Shown here: one piece after another, positions 13,052 through 24,698 of the stretch | How the letters are laid out: each line of letters opens with the position of its first letter | Position numbering within the stretch: the stretch's first letter is position 1 | NCBI RefSeq assembly: GCF_040938485.1 | Contig: NW_027271646.1 | Coordinates: forward strand, 434,001 to 498,000 | Direction of reading: 5' to 3' | Origin: Diadema antillarum | Taxonomy: Eukaryota | DNA: 64,000 nt | Notes under the pieces: model-generated | Databases searched by the model: none | What the model was told of the DNA's origin: nothing | The model's input: only the letters and a program-made list of their open reading frames with translations | Program-made: the position numbers and the translations under genes

Positions 13052-14383
13052 ATGAACAAGTCGGAAGACATACCATTTGAGTTCACGTGGCGGAATGCCG
13101 CTTTCACGATGCTGGCGTTTGCCTTATGTCTCACCACAACCCTAGCCAACATTATACTCATCGTACTTGTGTGTGTTGATAAAGCACTTCGCCGCTACAA
13201 CAACTACTATGTGGTTAGCCTGGCAATGGCTGACCTGGCTGTGGGTGTGTTCGTTGCACCCATGTTCAGTCTGTACACCATACTGGGCGAGTGGCCGTTG
13301 GGAGAGATTGTCTGTGAGCTGTGGATCTTTGTTGACTTCACGTGCGTGTCGGCGTCCATGTTAGGACTCTGCCTGATTTCTCTCGACCGCTACTGGGCCA
13401 TCACACAGCCTCTGCGACACCTTCGTCGGCAGGGCAGAAGGAGGGCGCTCGCATCAATTGCGGTCGTTTGGGTCATCTCTGCACTTTGCTGGATACCGGC
13501 TATGGCAACATGGAAGGCTGTAGAAGGAAGTTTTGCCAAGGATTCTGAATGCCTATACCTTCCAAGCTTTACTTATGTGATGATTTCGACTGTCGTCGTG
13601 TACGGCGTTCCAATGGTATCCCTTGTCGTGCTGTATGGCCGAATTTACTACACCGTCAGGAACAAAATGCTCCAAGCCGGTCATACAATGAATGTGTCTA
13701 CTCCAGGGCTTGAGGAGAACCCTACAGATAATACAAAGTTGAGGTGTTGTTGTTGTATTGACAAGGGCGTCGACGGTGAGGATGCAACAATAGATAAATC
13801 CGAATCGTCTATAACTACGATATCACAAGGAATTGATTTATCAATGACCACTGCTATCGGTAGTATTGGAGTCGCCGTGACAACTCTGGGAGCCCACTCC
13901 AGTACAAGTGATCTCACACAAACGAAGAACCCTCTCGCAAGGAGAAGCAACCCAACCGACTTTGCGCAAGTCAATAACTGTCTTTCAGTGGATCTCGATA
14001 CTGATCAAAAGCAATCTCTCCCGCCGAAAGCGTCCGTAGCGGATTTGACACCGCGGACTTCGACCTACGCAGCAGGGCTGCAGACGTCACGGCAACTTCG
14101 GGAGCGACTTTCCAGACTCCGTCTGCAGCAGAGGACGTCGAAGACACTAGGAATCATCATTGTCGTGTTCCTCATCTGCTGGATACCGTTCATCGTGCTC
14201 TTTCCCTTGAATTCTTACTGCAGCTGTGTTCCCATCGAAGTGTACGACATGTCCTACTGGCTGGCCTACATCAACTCCGCGATGAACCCTTTCCTGTACG
14301 GATTCAACAGTGACTTCCGGAGAGCCTTTCGCAGAACAATGTGCATAAATTCGCTCGCTACTCGAGTACTGCGAAAGGCGTAA
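13052..14383 (+). CDS. Class A (rhodopsin-like) aminergic GPCR, histamine H1/muscarinic-like, intronless CDS, 443 aa
   Basis: Seven hydrophobic segments; TM2 SLAMADL, C3.25 and D3.32 (CELWIFVD), DRY, TM6 CWIPF, TM7 WLAYINSAMNPFLY, long third intracellular loop, N-terminal NKS glycosylation sequon. Confidence 0.93.
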   Translation: MNKSEDIPFEFTWRNAAFTMLAFALCLTTTLANIILIVLVCVDKALRRYNNYYVVSLAMADLAVGVFVAPMFSLYTILGEWPLGEIVCELWIFVDFTCVSASMLGLCLISLDRYWAITQPLRHLRRQGRRRALASIAVVWVISALCWIPAMATWKAVEGSFAKDSECLYLPSFTYVMISTVVVYGVPMVSLVVLYGRIYYTVRNKMLQAGHTMNVSTPGLEENPTDNTKLRCCCCIDKGVDGEDATIDKSESSITTISQGIDLSMTTAIGSIGVAVTTLGAHSSTSDLTQTKNPLARRSNPTDFAQVNNCLSVDLDTDQKQSLPPKASVADLTPRTSTYAAGLQTSRQLRERLSRLRLQQRTSKTLGIIIVVFLICWIPFIVLFPLNSYCSCVPIEVYDMSYWLAYINSAMNPFLYGFNSDFRRAFRRTMCINSLATRVLRKA

Positions 14384-15377
14384 CTTACATGTCTGAATGA
14401 TCGCCTTCAGGGACTTTGGACAATGAGTATAGTGATGAGGATTTTTCTGTGCTAATCGACACTCATGAATGTAATTATAGCTGGACAATCGGGTAGGCCC
14501 AGTGAAACTGTCTAGATTGTCTATCAATGTAGTTGATAACACAAACGAACACTTTCGAACACGAACACACGAACAGGAGATCACAGACACAGCAAAGGAA
14601 TATCATGTTTTTCTTCAGTTATTGTTTAGATCTTAAAACTATAAATGAGATGAGAACAGTAAATCCCTTCGCACTATACGAGTGCAATATATTATTTTAT
14701 AAAATGGGTTCAAGAATGTAGCCAATTGGAAGCGCTGGAATGAGTCACGTGTGCTTTGGTTATTCTAGTCCCATCGCACTGCGTGTTAAATCCACTGTGG
14801 TTAAATCCTATTGCCGATCGTCTGTGCGCGCGGCGGCTCCTTTGAATTGCATGCATACATAGAGTACGCGCTGTCAATCCTGTAAACAACTTCTAGTTCG
14901 GGCTGCCGGCCGGCCGGCCTTTCTTCCCTAGGCCCTTGCGCATAACATGACTTGTGTGTGGCGTACGTATACTCTTATATACGTACACGTACACTTTGTA
15001 CAGTACAGTAGACCAAGCGTTGTGGGACCGAATGCGTACATGGAGTCACTTTGAAGGGCAAATCCAACGATTTAGCAGGTTAATTCTCACGCCGTTTTCA
15101 GAGTATGTTGTCTAGTAGGCCTATATGAGGAGTCTATATCAAGTCTTTAAGGTAAAGGGTGCATATTCTATGTAAAATAAGTAAGTTTTCATGCGGGAAC
15201 TTAAGTGTCCGGAAACCCAACCCCCCATCATACTTATACTGTATGTGCGGGATTTCCTAGTGCGACGTGCGTAAATGTTTGGGACGGACATCTTCTGACG
15301 TCTTGATCCACAAAGTTACGTGAAAAACGCTGAAAAATGCTGTTAGTTTTCGAATTTTCGACCCATTTTATAAAATA

Positions 15378-15546
15378 AATGATGCACAGGATTATTTCGT
15401 GGCGTTAGTGGAGGCGTAGCTCACTCTCGGGTATTTACAATGTAGTGCAACATGCACTCGGCTTCGCCTCGTGCATGTTTCACAATTGTAAATACCCTCG
15501 AGTACACTATACGCCTCCTCTAACGCACTCTATTCTGTGCATCATT
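15378..15546. repeat. About 170-bp imperfect palindrome (foldback MITE-like)
   Basis: AATGATGCACAG...GGTATTTACAAT...CATGCAC, centre TCGGCTTCGCCTC, then GTGCATG...ATTGTAAATACC...CTGTGCATCATT. Confidence 0.7.
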
Positions 15547-15974
15547 GGTATACTAGCTGCTTGGCTATAATTATATCATTATAGTCATTGTTTTGGTGTA
15601 CAAGTACACCCATGATAGCTTAGTGTCCACAGTTCAGAAAATACACTCTTAGCACCTTCGTATGGATATCACAAATCATTAATCAAGATACAGCTGAATT
15701 GATTATCCAACATAAAAGTTCAGAATGCGTTAATTTGTGTCAATTGATAGTTTTCGTGTTTTTCGTTGTTACGTCAATTTTTCGTTATCACTTTTGTCCA
15801 TCATGCGTCAATCTTCGTAAGTCGCCCTCTATAGAAAGCTTCTTTTTAAAATCTATGATCACGATAATACATTTTCCTATCTACAGCGCATGTATGGGAC
15901 GCATTTTTGCTTTCTCATCTCGTTTGTCACAGAAACGAAATTTTCTTTAAACAAATGAAAAAAAAAAATCCCAG

Positions 15975-16140
15975 GGCCCTGTTGCATAAAACCCTTACCG
16001 CTGGACTTACCGCTCCTTTCTAGCGGCAAGTCTTCAAATTAGCGGTAAATGTTATAATCCTTGATGCTGATTGGTTGTGACGCCTAATTTTGATGGTAGT
16101 TACCATTGAAATTCAACGGTAAGTTTTATGTAACGGGCCC
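15975..16140. mobile_element. PIF/Harbinger-like MITE (166 bp)
   Basis: TIR GGCCCTGTTGCATAAAAC / GTTTTATGTAACGGGCCC, 3-bp TSD CAG/CAG. Shares the core AATCCTTG...CTGATTGG with 46035-46169. Confidence 0.7.
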
Positions 16141-18279
16141 CAGAACTCGTTTGTGCGTAAGTGTGTGCGCGCGCGAGTGTGCGTGCGTGTGGCATGACGT
16201 GTGTGAGTGTGCGTGTGCTCGCTTAGGTGCGCCATAAAAATGTAAGTGTATGTGGGGCCTACTACTCACGATACAGCAATGTATTCATCAATAAATGAAA
16301 ACAAAATGTTGATGAGAGCGACGTTCAGATAGATGAACACGACAACAGCTTCACGTGAAAATAATGACAAAATGCCCCACCCTTGCATGCATAAAAAATA
16401 TCATGATCATGTGAAAACCACTCACACCTGCGTCGTGCGGGAGTAGGTTCCATTCTTATCATGAAATCGAGATAATTTATCATGACAAAAGAAAAATAGC
16501 ATGATCCATGGTTAGTTAGACCAATTCTCTTAAAACGAACAAATAAGAAAAAAAAAAAACATTCTATAATCTGTAGCGCATAGTGTATTCGCAGAGATCA
16601 TAATGGCAAATTATTGGCAGTCGACAACGAAGTGGTCTCTATCCCATCCAGGACACAAAATACCATGGCCAACAATTAATCCGTTCTGTGCCAAGGAGTC
16701 AATTGTGTACAAATTTCACATACTTGCCTCTGGACAGGAGATAAATGCGGCACTCCGAGGGTTAAAGTAACCCTTTAGTAGTTGATCAACAGAAAAACAA
16801 AAGATTTCTCAGAAGGAGTTATCCTAGGTGGATCAATAACAGATGTAAGTTCTATGATATCAAAAATGATTCACCAGACAAAACTTGTTTGGCTGCTACT
16901 TTGATATTTGTTACTTTTTTTTCCACGCGGAGATTTCTTCGACACACTTCCAAATTATCCTTCATTGCTTCTGGCTATGCATTGAGTACGCGCCGCTTTG
17001 GGAAGAATTTCTATCAAATATCTTCAATAGTTTACCAAAAGCAACCCAGAGAATATATGGCAACAAATTGTATCAATAATTCCAACGAGGACTTATGTTA
17101 CACGAGAACAATCATATTTGTCCTTATCTTGTGAAATCCTTCACAACTATATAGGCATGTATAGTGTATTGGAACGACGATGACGCATGGGAAAAGAATC
17201 TATTCCAACTGATTACATGTGAGTAATGTTTTTTTCTAGAATGCTTCTCTCATGCAAAGCTATCTGTCCGTTGGTATATCATTTATTTAGGTTACCATGT
17301 TTGCATCGTGTACTTTATAAAAATAATCCTTCATGTTCCTTGATAAACTGCGAAATAAAAATAAAGGTAAACTTGCCAAGAATGAATGGTGTTTTCGCTG
17401 TTCATTTGGCTTAGCTTGAGTTGGGTCGAAACTTACAAAAATCATTCATATCCAAATACTTTTGGGTTTTCATCATTTCATACTCTCTACGTTTTCCGTT
17501 CATTCGATGCAACGAGATCATGACGAAAACTATACATTTCGAAAAACAATCTGGTTGAATTCACAGCATAATCACTATACGCTGTCCGGAGGTGGTAAGC
17601 TTTACTCTCACAATAATTGTTAATGGTTCTGTTTATCTTTGGGAGCAGAGATTTAAAAAATGTTTAAGTTATCACATTTGATGCATATGTGTAGGTCAGT
17701 TTTATCGCAAAACATCCTACCATATGCAATTTTCGCAACAAAGCCTAAAATATAAGGAGATATCTTTGTTTTCTCAATAAACCATAACTGTAGACGGTTT
17801 AGTATGGAAACATTTTATGACTATTGTTCACATTTTGTGTATTTAACAATATTTAATATCGATTATACTTATTCGAATTTTTACGTTGGTTGTTTCTATC
17901 CCTAACTCACATTTTAGAACTATTTTAAAGCTTAGTGCTGGGTTTTTGTTTCATCTGCTAATGGTAAATTATGCCTTTAAATTCTCACTCAGTGGTTGCT
18001 GTGCAGTTTGTTTGTTTCTTCCCCGACAACTCTGATGCTAGATTTTATTTCACTTTAGCGTGTTTTCAAGCACCAGTAATCAAAAACATGCTCTTTCAGC
18101 CGCTCATGTTCTCGCATATATAACACGTATAAACAGATCAACACGGAATGCCTATCATTAAACATGATAATAATCAGAAAAAAACTAAACATAAAAAATG
18201 TTTATTATTTGGATTTGTGAATCAAAGCGTGAATCAATTACGCAGTAGGTTGAATAAAAAAGTAAGATATACTTACTTG

Positions 18280-18316
<37 letters not shown>

Positions 18317-18526
18317 ATATGAAGAGTTTGTTCGCAAAAACGGATATAAGTCCATATTTGCCAAATGGAGATATTTGCGATTAAAGGACAAGAAAAATAA
18401 AGAGAATAATAAGACCATAACTTAAAAAATGTACCTTTATATGTAGTGACCAATATATCATTTAATAGGTATTATTTTGTACTTCATGACAGAGACCGTA
18501 CTTCCAAATCTTCAAAAATGGACTTT

Positions 18527-18668
18527 NNNNNNNNNNNNNNNNNNNNNNNNNNNNNNNNNNNNNNNNNNNNNNNNNNNNNNNNNNNNNNNNNNNNNNNNNN
18601 NNNNNNNNNNNNNNNNNNNNNNNNNNNNNNNNNNNNNNNNNNNNNNNNNNNNNNNNNNNNNNNNNNNN
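18527..18668. other. Assembly gap (142 N) hiding the left junction of the retrotransposon composite
   Basis: N run. Sequence resumes 20 nt into the LTR consensus defined by LTR-C. Confidence 0.98.
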
Positions 18669-21600
18669 CAGTCAGTGTTGACCTACAATAACTCGGACTC
18701 AATTAGACAAAATCAATCACCTGGTTCTATTTAATAAGGACTGGGAAAAGAAGGAATGCTCAAAGATATTTTTCTATGTTTCCGTTACAAAAAAAAGGGT
18801 GTCTTTATTACTCCACTTTGTTGCAGTGTCTCGAAATAAACAAAATCCAAACAACTCCGGAATTATAACATTAGACTGAATACAAAGCAAACGAGTTTAA
18901 ACCAACGGTGAGCAACTTATAACAAATTCAAAACAACTAATAACAAAACGTAAACAAACTTAAAGCAACAAAATAAACCCAAAACTACGCGAACGCAACT
19001 ACAAAAGAAAGCAACACCGAAAACAACGTAGTAACAAAAGTTAAAAGCAAGCTTAAACAACAAACTTAAAACAACCTTAACAACGACTCTTAAAAGCAAA
19101 CGCAACACTTAAAGCAACTTTGACAACGAATCTAAAGCAAACGGTTAAAAGTGACTATAACAAAGCAACATTTAAAAATAGCAAGATGCAACGCAACAAG
19201 CAACGAATAACAACGCAACACTGTCCGACGCAGAATACAGCAAATCCGTGTCCCTTTCCCACAGAAGGTCTGACATTACAGCATGCGCAGTGCGCTGGGG
19301 TCCATCCACTTGACAGAAGTCTTGGTGTCTTCTTTGTACAAAGGATGAGGGACGGGACTATGCTACAGCCACAGGAGCAGGTTGATTAAAGTGACGTCCC
19401 TAACAAAAAAGTCCTGTGGTACTCCCTGTGGTACTTGTCGGTACCACACAATGTACCACACACTTGTAATGTTACCACAGGAACTGTGTGGTACTGTACC
19501 ACAGGCTTGTAGGGTACTCCCTGTAGTACTTGTCAGTACCACACAATGTACCACATAAATAAATGTTACCACAGGAACTGTGTGGTACTGTTTTACAGGC
19601 TCATGTGGTACTCCCTGTGGTACTGGTTGGTACCACACAATGTACCACACAAATATATGTTAACACAGGAACTGTGTGGTACTGTGTCACAGGATCGTGT
19701 GGTACTCTGGGATGTACCACAGGGCAGTACCACAGGACATTACCACAGGAAAGTACCACAGAACAGTACCACAAGACAGTATACACACAAATTGTCGTGT
19801 GGTATTTTGGGATGTATACCACACAACAGTACCACAGGACAGTACCACATGAATTGTCCTGTGGTATTTTGGGACGTACCACAGGAGAGTACAACAGGAA
19901 AGTACCACAGGATAGTACCACAGGACAGTACCACACGACTTGTTCTGTGGTATTTTAGGACGTACCACAGGACAGTACCACAGGGCAGTTCCACAGGAAA
20001 GTACCACAGGATAGTACCACAGGACAGTACCACAGGACAGTACCACAGGAATTGTCCTGTGGTATTTTGGGACGTACCACAGGACAGTACCACAGGATAG
20101 TACCACAGGACAGTACCACAGGAAAGTACAACAGGATAGTACCACAGGACAGTACCACACGACTTGTCCTGTGGTATTTTAGGACGTACCACAGGACAGT
20201 ACCACAGGGCAGTACCACAGGACAGTACCACAGGATAGTACCACAGGATAGTACCACAGGACAGTACCACACGACTTGTCCTGTGGTATTTTGGGACGTA
20301 CCACAGGGCAGTACCACAGGACAGTACCACAGGAAAGTACCACAGGATAGTACCACAGGACAGTACCACACGACTCGTCCTGTGGTATTTTAGGACGTAC
20401 CACAGGACAGTACCACAGGGCAGTACCACAGGAAAGTACCACAGGGCAGTACCACAGGAAAGTACCACAGGACAGTACCACACGACTTGTCCTGTGGTAT
20501 TTTGGGACATACCACAGGACAGTACCACAGGAATTGTCCTGTGGTATTTTGGGACATACCACAGGACAGTACCTCACGACTTGTCCTGTGGTATTTTGGG
20601 ACGTACCACAGGACAGTACCACAGGGCAGTACCACAGGACAATACCACAGGGCAGTACCACAGGAAAGTACCACAGGATAGTACCACAGGACAGTACCAC
20701 ACGACTTGTCCTGTGGTATTTTGGGACGTACCACAGGGCAGTACCACAGGACAGTACCACAGGATAGTACCACACGACTTGTCCTGTGGTATTTTGGGAC
20801 GTACCACAGGACAGTACCACAGGATAGTACCACAGGACAGTACCACACGACTTGTCCTGTGGTATTTTGGGACGTACCACAGGACAATACCACAGGAAAG
20901 TACCACAGGATAGTACCACAGGACAGTACCACACGACTTGTCCTGTGGTATTTTGGGACGTACCACAGGACAATACCACAGGAAAGTACCACAGGATAGT
21001 ACCACAGGACAGTACCACATGACTTGTCCTGTGGTATTTTGGGACGTACCACAGGACAGTACCACACGAATTGTCCTGTGGAATTTTGGGACGTACCACA
21101 GGACAGTACGACAGGAATTCCTGTGGTAATTTTCGATGTATACCACAGGAGAGTACCACAGGAACTGTCCAAAATCCCACAGGAAAATCATAATATGGTG
21201 CTATTCCACACAGAAGTACCACACAGCAAATTAAATTCGTAAGTACCACAGAAAAATGCTACAGGATATTCTTTTTTTTCTTAACATTTTATACCAGAGG
21301 ACTATCACATCAGGAGAATATCAAACAGCAGTACCACACAGGAGTACCACACAGGAAAATTGTAAGGCAGAATCAACTGAAATTTATAACAAAAATACAA
21401 ACAAAAAAGCACATATTAATATTCCTCAATCAATTGATAGATGAGTTATGCTGTGAATTATAACAATTGATTTGCCATTACTTATCCTGTCCTATACTCC
21501 TACAGTATTACCTATTTAGTGAAAGTGCTGATGTAAAGCATGAGAAATTTCATAAGGACTTCTGTGGTACTCCTGTGGTACTCCTGTGGTACTCCTGTGG

Positions 21601-22895
21601 TACAAATTTTTACATAGCTCATGAATATTCATAAAAAGCACTCTAGATTTTAGAAAATACATATATGACTTAAAAAGTCAAAGTATTAATGATGGAACTT
21701 ACTTTGAACTTTATGAAAGATTGTCTAATTATGTTATGTTATTCCCAATATCATAGATATTGTTATGAAAGTGTAATTTCATATCTTGATAATAAAGTAT
21801 AATCGAGTTAGTAACCATGCCTTAATGCTTTATGGATAGACGGCCATATATATATGTACTGAGAGGGTCGATGGCTACCTAGGAATAGAATATGACTATA
21901 TAGATCTATATAGGACTAGATTGGCACTTGGCCATTAGACTCTCGTTTGAGGTTATATGTTAGGAGTAGGACAGGTTATTAAGTAGGGCCATGTTTGTCC
22001 TAAAATCCATCACTCACCTATCAGAAATATTCCTTGAAATGTGGCTAAAAGTCTCCAAGATTTTTTTTTTTCGATCTATCCTGTGTGGTACTCTCCTGTG
22101 GTACCATGGAAATGCTGTGTGGTACTGCCCTGTGGTAATGCTGTGTGGTAATGATCGACCTGTGGTACTGTTCTGTGGTACTGTCCCAAAATACCACAGG
22201 ACAGTTCCTGTGGTACTGTTCTGTGGTACTAGTCCTGTGGTACTGCCCTATGGTACGTCCCAAAATACCACAGGAATTCCTGTGGTACTGCCCTGTGGTA
22301 CGTCCCAAAATACCACAGGAATTCCTGTGGTACTGTCCTGTGGTACTGTTCTGTGGTACCGGTCCTGTGGTAATTTCCTGTGGTACTGCCCTGTGGTACG
22401 TCCCAAAATACCACAGGAATTCCTGTGGTACTGTCCTGTGGTATGTCCCAAAATACCACAGGGCAATTCCTGTGGTACTGTCCTGTGGTACTTTCCTGTG
22501 GTACTGTCCTGTGGTACCGTCCTGTGGTAATTACCACAGGAGTACCACAGGACTTTTTCGTAAGGGGTTGCCTGCTTGGACGCCTTCTCAAGAATGATCA
22601 AAGGAGGTGCCCCTTCTGAATAACTTTAGGACACGCTTTCTACCCCTCACAGGGAGATTCCACTTATGGGGGGGGGGTGTTTCCCATGATTATGTAAATT
22701 ACCTCCTGACCTTACACCACCGTGTATGTACCTCTACTATACAACTAGAGTACTGTGATATATCATGCACCTACATGTGTGGATAGAGAATCAAATAGAT
22801 AAACATACATATAAATACTACATAATATATTGAGCGAGTGTAATCATCACAGGAAAGGGGGGGGGGTGAGTGCTGATATTACTGTGACCCTCACA
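18669..22895 (-). repeat. LTR-A (3' LTR of the composite), interrupted at 19398-22566; first 20 nt hidden in the gap
   Basis: Collinear with LTR-C (6 substitutions plus homopolymer length differences by eye); ends ...GACCCTCACA next to the PPT. Confidence 0.92.
19398..22566. mobile_element. 3169-bp non-autonomous CMC/EnSpm-type foldback element with GTACCACAG arrays
   Basis: TIRs CCCTAACAAAAAAGTCCTGTGGTACTC / GAGTACCACAGGACTTTTTCGTAAGGG; 2-bp TSD GT (19396-97, 22567-68). Removing it restores GACGTTGCC as in LTR-B and LTR-C. Arrays of the 9-mer lie in opposite orientation in the two arms. Confidence 0.88.
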
Positions 22896-24698
22896 TTCGC
22901 CACCGTTTAAAACCATTGTTGTCCTCAACAATGTAGATAAGAAAACAACAACATTTAAATTGAGTTTAGTCGAGGTCGTATTTGTTGCACCCTGAGGGAA
23001 GAGGTTGGGCCTCCATATCTTTGGGGAGATCGAACTTGGGTCCACACGAGCAATACTGCCATCCTCTTCACTCGTTACATCTGTACTGTCTTCATCAGCA
23101 TCATCTTCACTTTCACTGCTACCCGGCAAAAATGTGCACGCAGTCAGCATATTCCTGTGAAGAGTCCGCTCTTTGCCTGTGCTGTCCTCTCTGACAGTGT
23201 ATACATCCTGGTCAAGGAGCTTGCGTATCACAGTGTAAGGAGACTCACCCCATTTGTCAGCCAGCTTTTGACGACCTATCAGTGCCTTATGTGCTACGAG
23301 TACCTTATCTTCATGTTCAAAGGGAGCATCCCTGGCTTTCCTGTCATACGTGCCTTTCTGCTTGGCGCGAGCACTTTCGGCATTTTCGTGGGCATTTCGA
23401 TAAGCTTCTTGGAGAGTAAGGCGAAGCTCGTCGACATAGTTGGAGATGGATTTGTCGTCATCTTCCGGGGGTGTGCCGATGAGGTCAAGGGGGATACGTG
23501 GCTCTCTTCCAAACATAAAAAAGAATGGGGAAAACCCTGTTGATGCGTGTTTGGTGCAGTTATATGCGTGGGTGAGAGATTCCACGTGCTCCTTCCAGTT
23601 TGGCTTCTGCGATGGCTCCAGTGTCCCTAACATGTTGAGGAGTGTGCCGATAAACCTCTCCGTCATTCCATTCCCCTGTGGATGATACGGCGTTGTCCTG
23701 CTCTTTTGTATGTGAAGTAGTTCACATAACTCGCGTACTAGAGCTGCCTCAAAACACCTGCCTTGATCACTATGGATGCGTTCAGGTATGCCATAGTGAA
23801 CTATGTACCTGCTCCACAAAGTCCTAGCCACTGTTTGAGCAGACTGGTCTCTAGTAGGAAAAGCTTGGGCGTGGCGAGTAAAGTGATCCGTGACCACCAG
23901 GACATTCTCTATACCTCCCCGTGACGTCTCTAAGCTAAGGAAATCGATACATACCAGTTCAAGTGGTCTGCTTGACTTGATGGGTTGAAGTGGGGCCTTG
24001 GACTTTGCTTCTGTCGTCTTCCGGACAGTGCATCTTCGACACCTCTGGATGTACTGCTGGACTATCGTCTTCATGCCAGGTAAATAGAATCTGTCTTGCA
24101 TGAGAGCCAAAGTCTTCTCAAGCCCAAGATGACCCATTTCAACGTGTGCCCTACGGAGGGCCAGCTTCCTCAGACCTTTAGGCAGAACGAGTAGTCTACG
24201 ATCTCCTCTACTATACCACAGTACGCCATTCTCGCACACGTGCAGTCTATCCCACTGTCGAAGCAGCAAGCGAGCAACGATTGCTTCCTTTCGCAACTGA
24301 CGTGAGGCTGGTCTCTGTCCGGCTTGAAGGAGCTCGACGACTCGGCTGATAATGACGTCCTCTCTCTGCAGCTGTGCAAGCTCTTCCACATTTACGCCTG
24401 CCAACAAAGTAGATGAGCCATCATCGTGTTGCTCTGCAGGTGTAACATTAATGTTGTGGCTGGCTGCCGCCTGATGCAAGGGTGAGTCATCCTTCGTTTG
24501 CTCTGCTGCTGTATTGACTGGCACGTCTAATGCTTGTTTCACATCTGAAGAAGGGGTCCGAGACACCTCAGGCTCCTCCTCACCAGTGTTATTCCCCGTT
24601 GTCACCTGCGTCTGGTAGCTTGTTCCAGTTGTGCCAGGGCTACATTGGTTGAATGTACCCACAGACTGCCCCTCGTCTGCAGGTCGAACTAGTTTAAA
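22818..24698 (-). CDS. pol: Internally deleted pol: protease-leader stub fused in frame to an intact-looking integrase; C-terminus frameshifted into LTR-A
   Basis: HHCC (AHVEMGH...CRRC) and DDE (CIDF, HSDQG, TERF) are present. No DTG, YLDD or TDAS motif. The junction GEE-EPEVSRTP aligns to GEE and EDSLSRIP of the full pol. Confidence 0.88.
   Translation of the reverse strand, partial: FKLVRPADEGQSVGTFNQCSPGTTGTSYQTQVTTGNNTGEEEPEVSRTPSSDVKQALDVPVNTAAEQTKDDSPLHQAAASHNINVTPAEQHDDGSSTLLAGVNVEELAQLQREDVIISRVVELLQAGQRPASRQLRKEAIVARLLLRQWDRLHVCENGVLWYSRGDRRLLVLPKGLRKLALRRAHVEMGHLGLEKTLALMQDRFYLPGMKTIVQQYIQRCRRCTVRKTTEAKSKAPLQPIKSSRPLELVCIDFLSLETSRGGIENVLVVTDHFTRHAQAFPTRDQSAQTVARTLWSRYIVHYGIPERIHSDQGRCFEAALVRELCELLHIQKSRTTPYHPQGNGMTERFIGTLLNMLGTLEPSQKPNWKEHVESLTHAYNCTKHASTGFSPFFFMFGREPRIPLDLIGTPPEDDDKSISNYVDELRLTLQEAYRNAHENAESARAKQKGTYDRKARDAPFEHEDKVLVAHKALIGRQKLADKWGESPYTVIRKLLDQDVYTVREDSTGKERTLHRNMLTACTFLPGSSESEDDADEDSTDVTSEEDGSIARVDPSSISPKIWRPNLFPQGATNTTSTKLNLNVVVFLSTLLRTTMVLNGGECEGHSNISTHPPPFPVMITLAQYIM
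22896..22908 (-). other. Polypurine tract of the deleted unit
   Basis: Minus strand AAACGGTGGCGAA directly abutting the LTR start TGTGAGGG; identical at 26990-27002. Confidence 0.7.
24636..24698 (-). other. -1 ribosomal frameshift signal (UUUAAAC plus predicted pseudoknot), deleted unit
   Basis: T TTA AAC in gag frame immediately before TAG; the -1 frame reads FKLVRP. Stem ACCTGCAGAC/GTCTGTGGGT; loop GGGGC can pair with downstream GCCCT. Confidence 0.8.

Noticed and set aside
16677-16766. TTAA-flanked 90-bp piggyBac-like element
   Set aside because: The terminal inverted match is too weak to support.
18917-19389. 63-aa hydrophobic and 89-aa ORFs, repeated at 32591-33063, as a possible env or accessory gene
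   Set aside because: They lie within low-complexity LTR sequence and are not preserved in LTR-B.
19398-22566. CRISPR-like or telomeric array
   Set aside because: There are no unique spacers, the context is eukaryotic, the motif is not a telomere repeat, and the array is explained as subterminal repeats of a CMC element.
19363-22619. Many overlapping W/Y/C/P/V- or H/T/Q-rich ORFs up to 356 aa on both strands
   Set aside because: They are translations of the GTACCACAG tandem arrays inside a TIR/TSD-bounded non-coding transposon, open in several frames on both strands.
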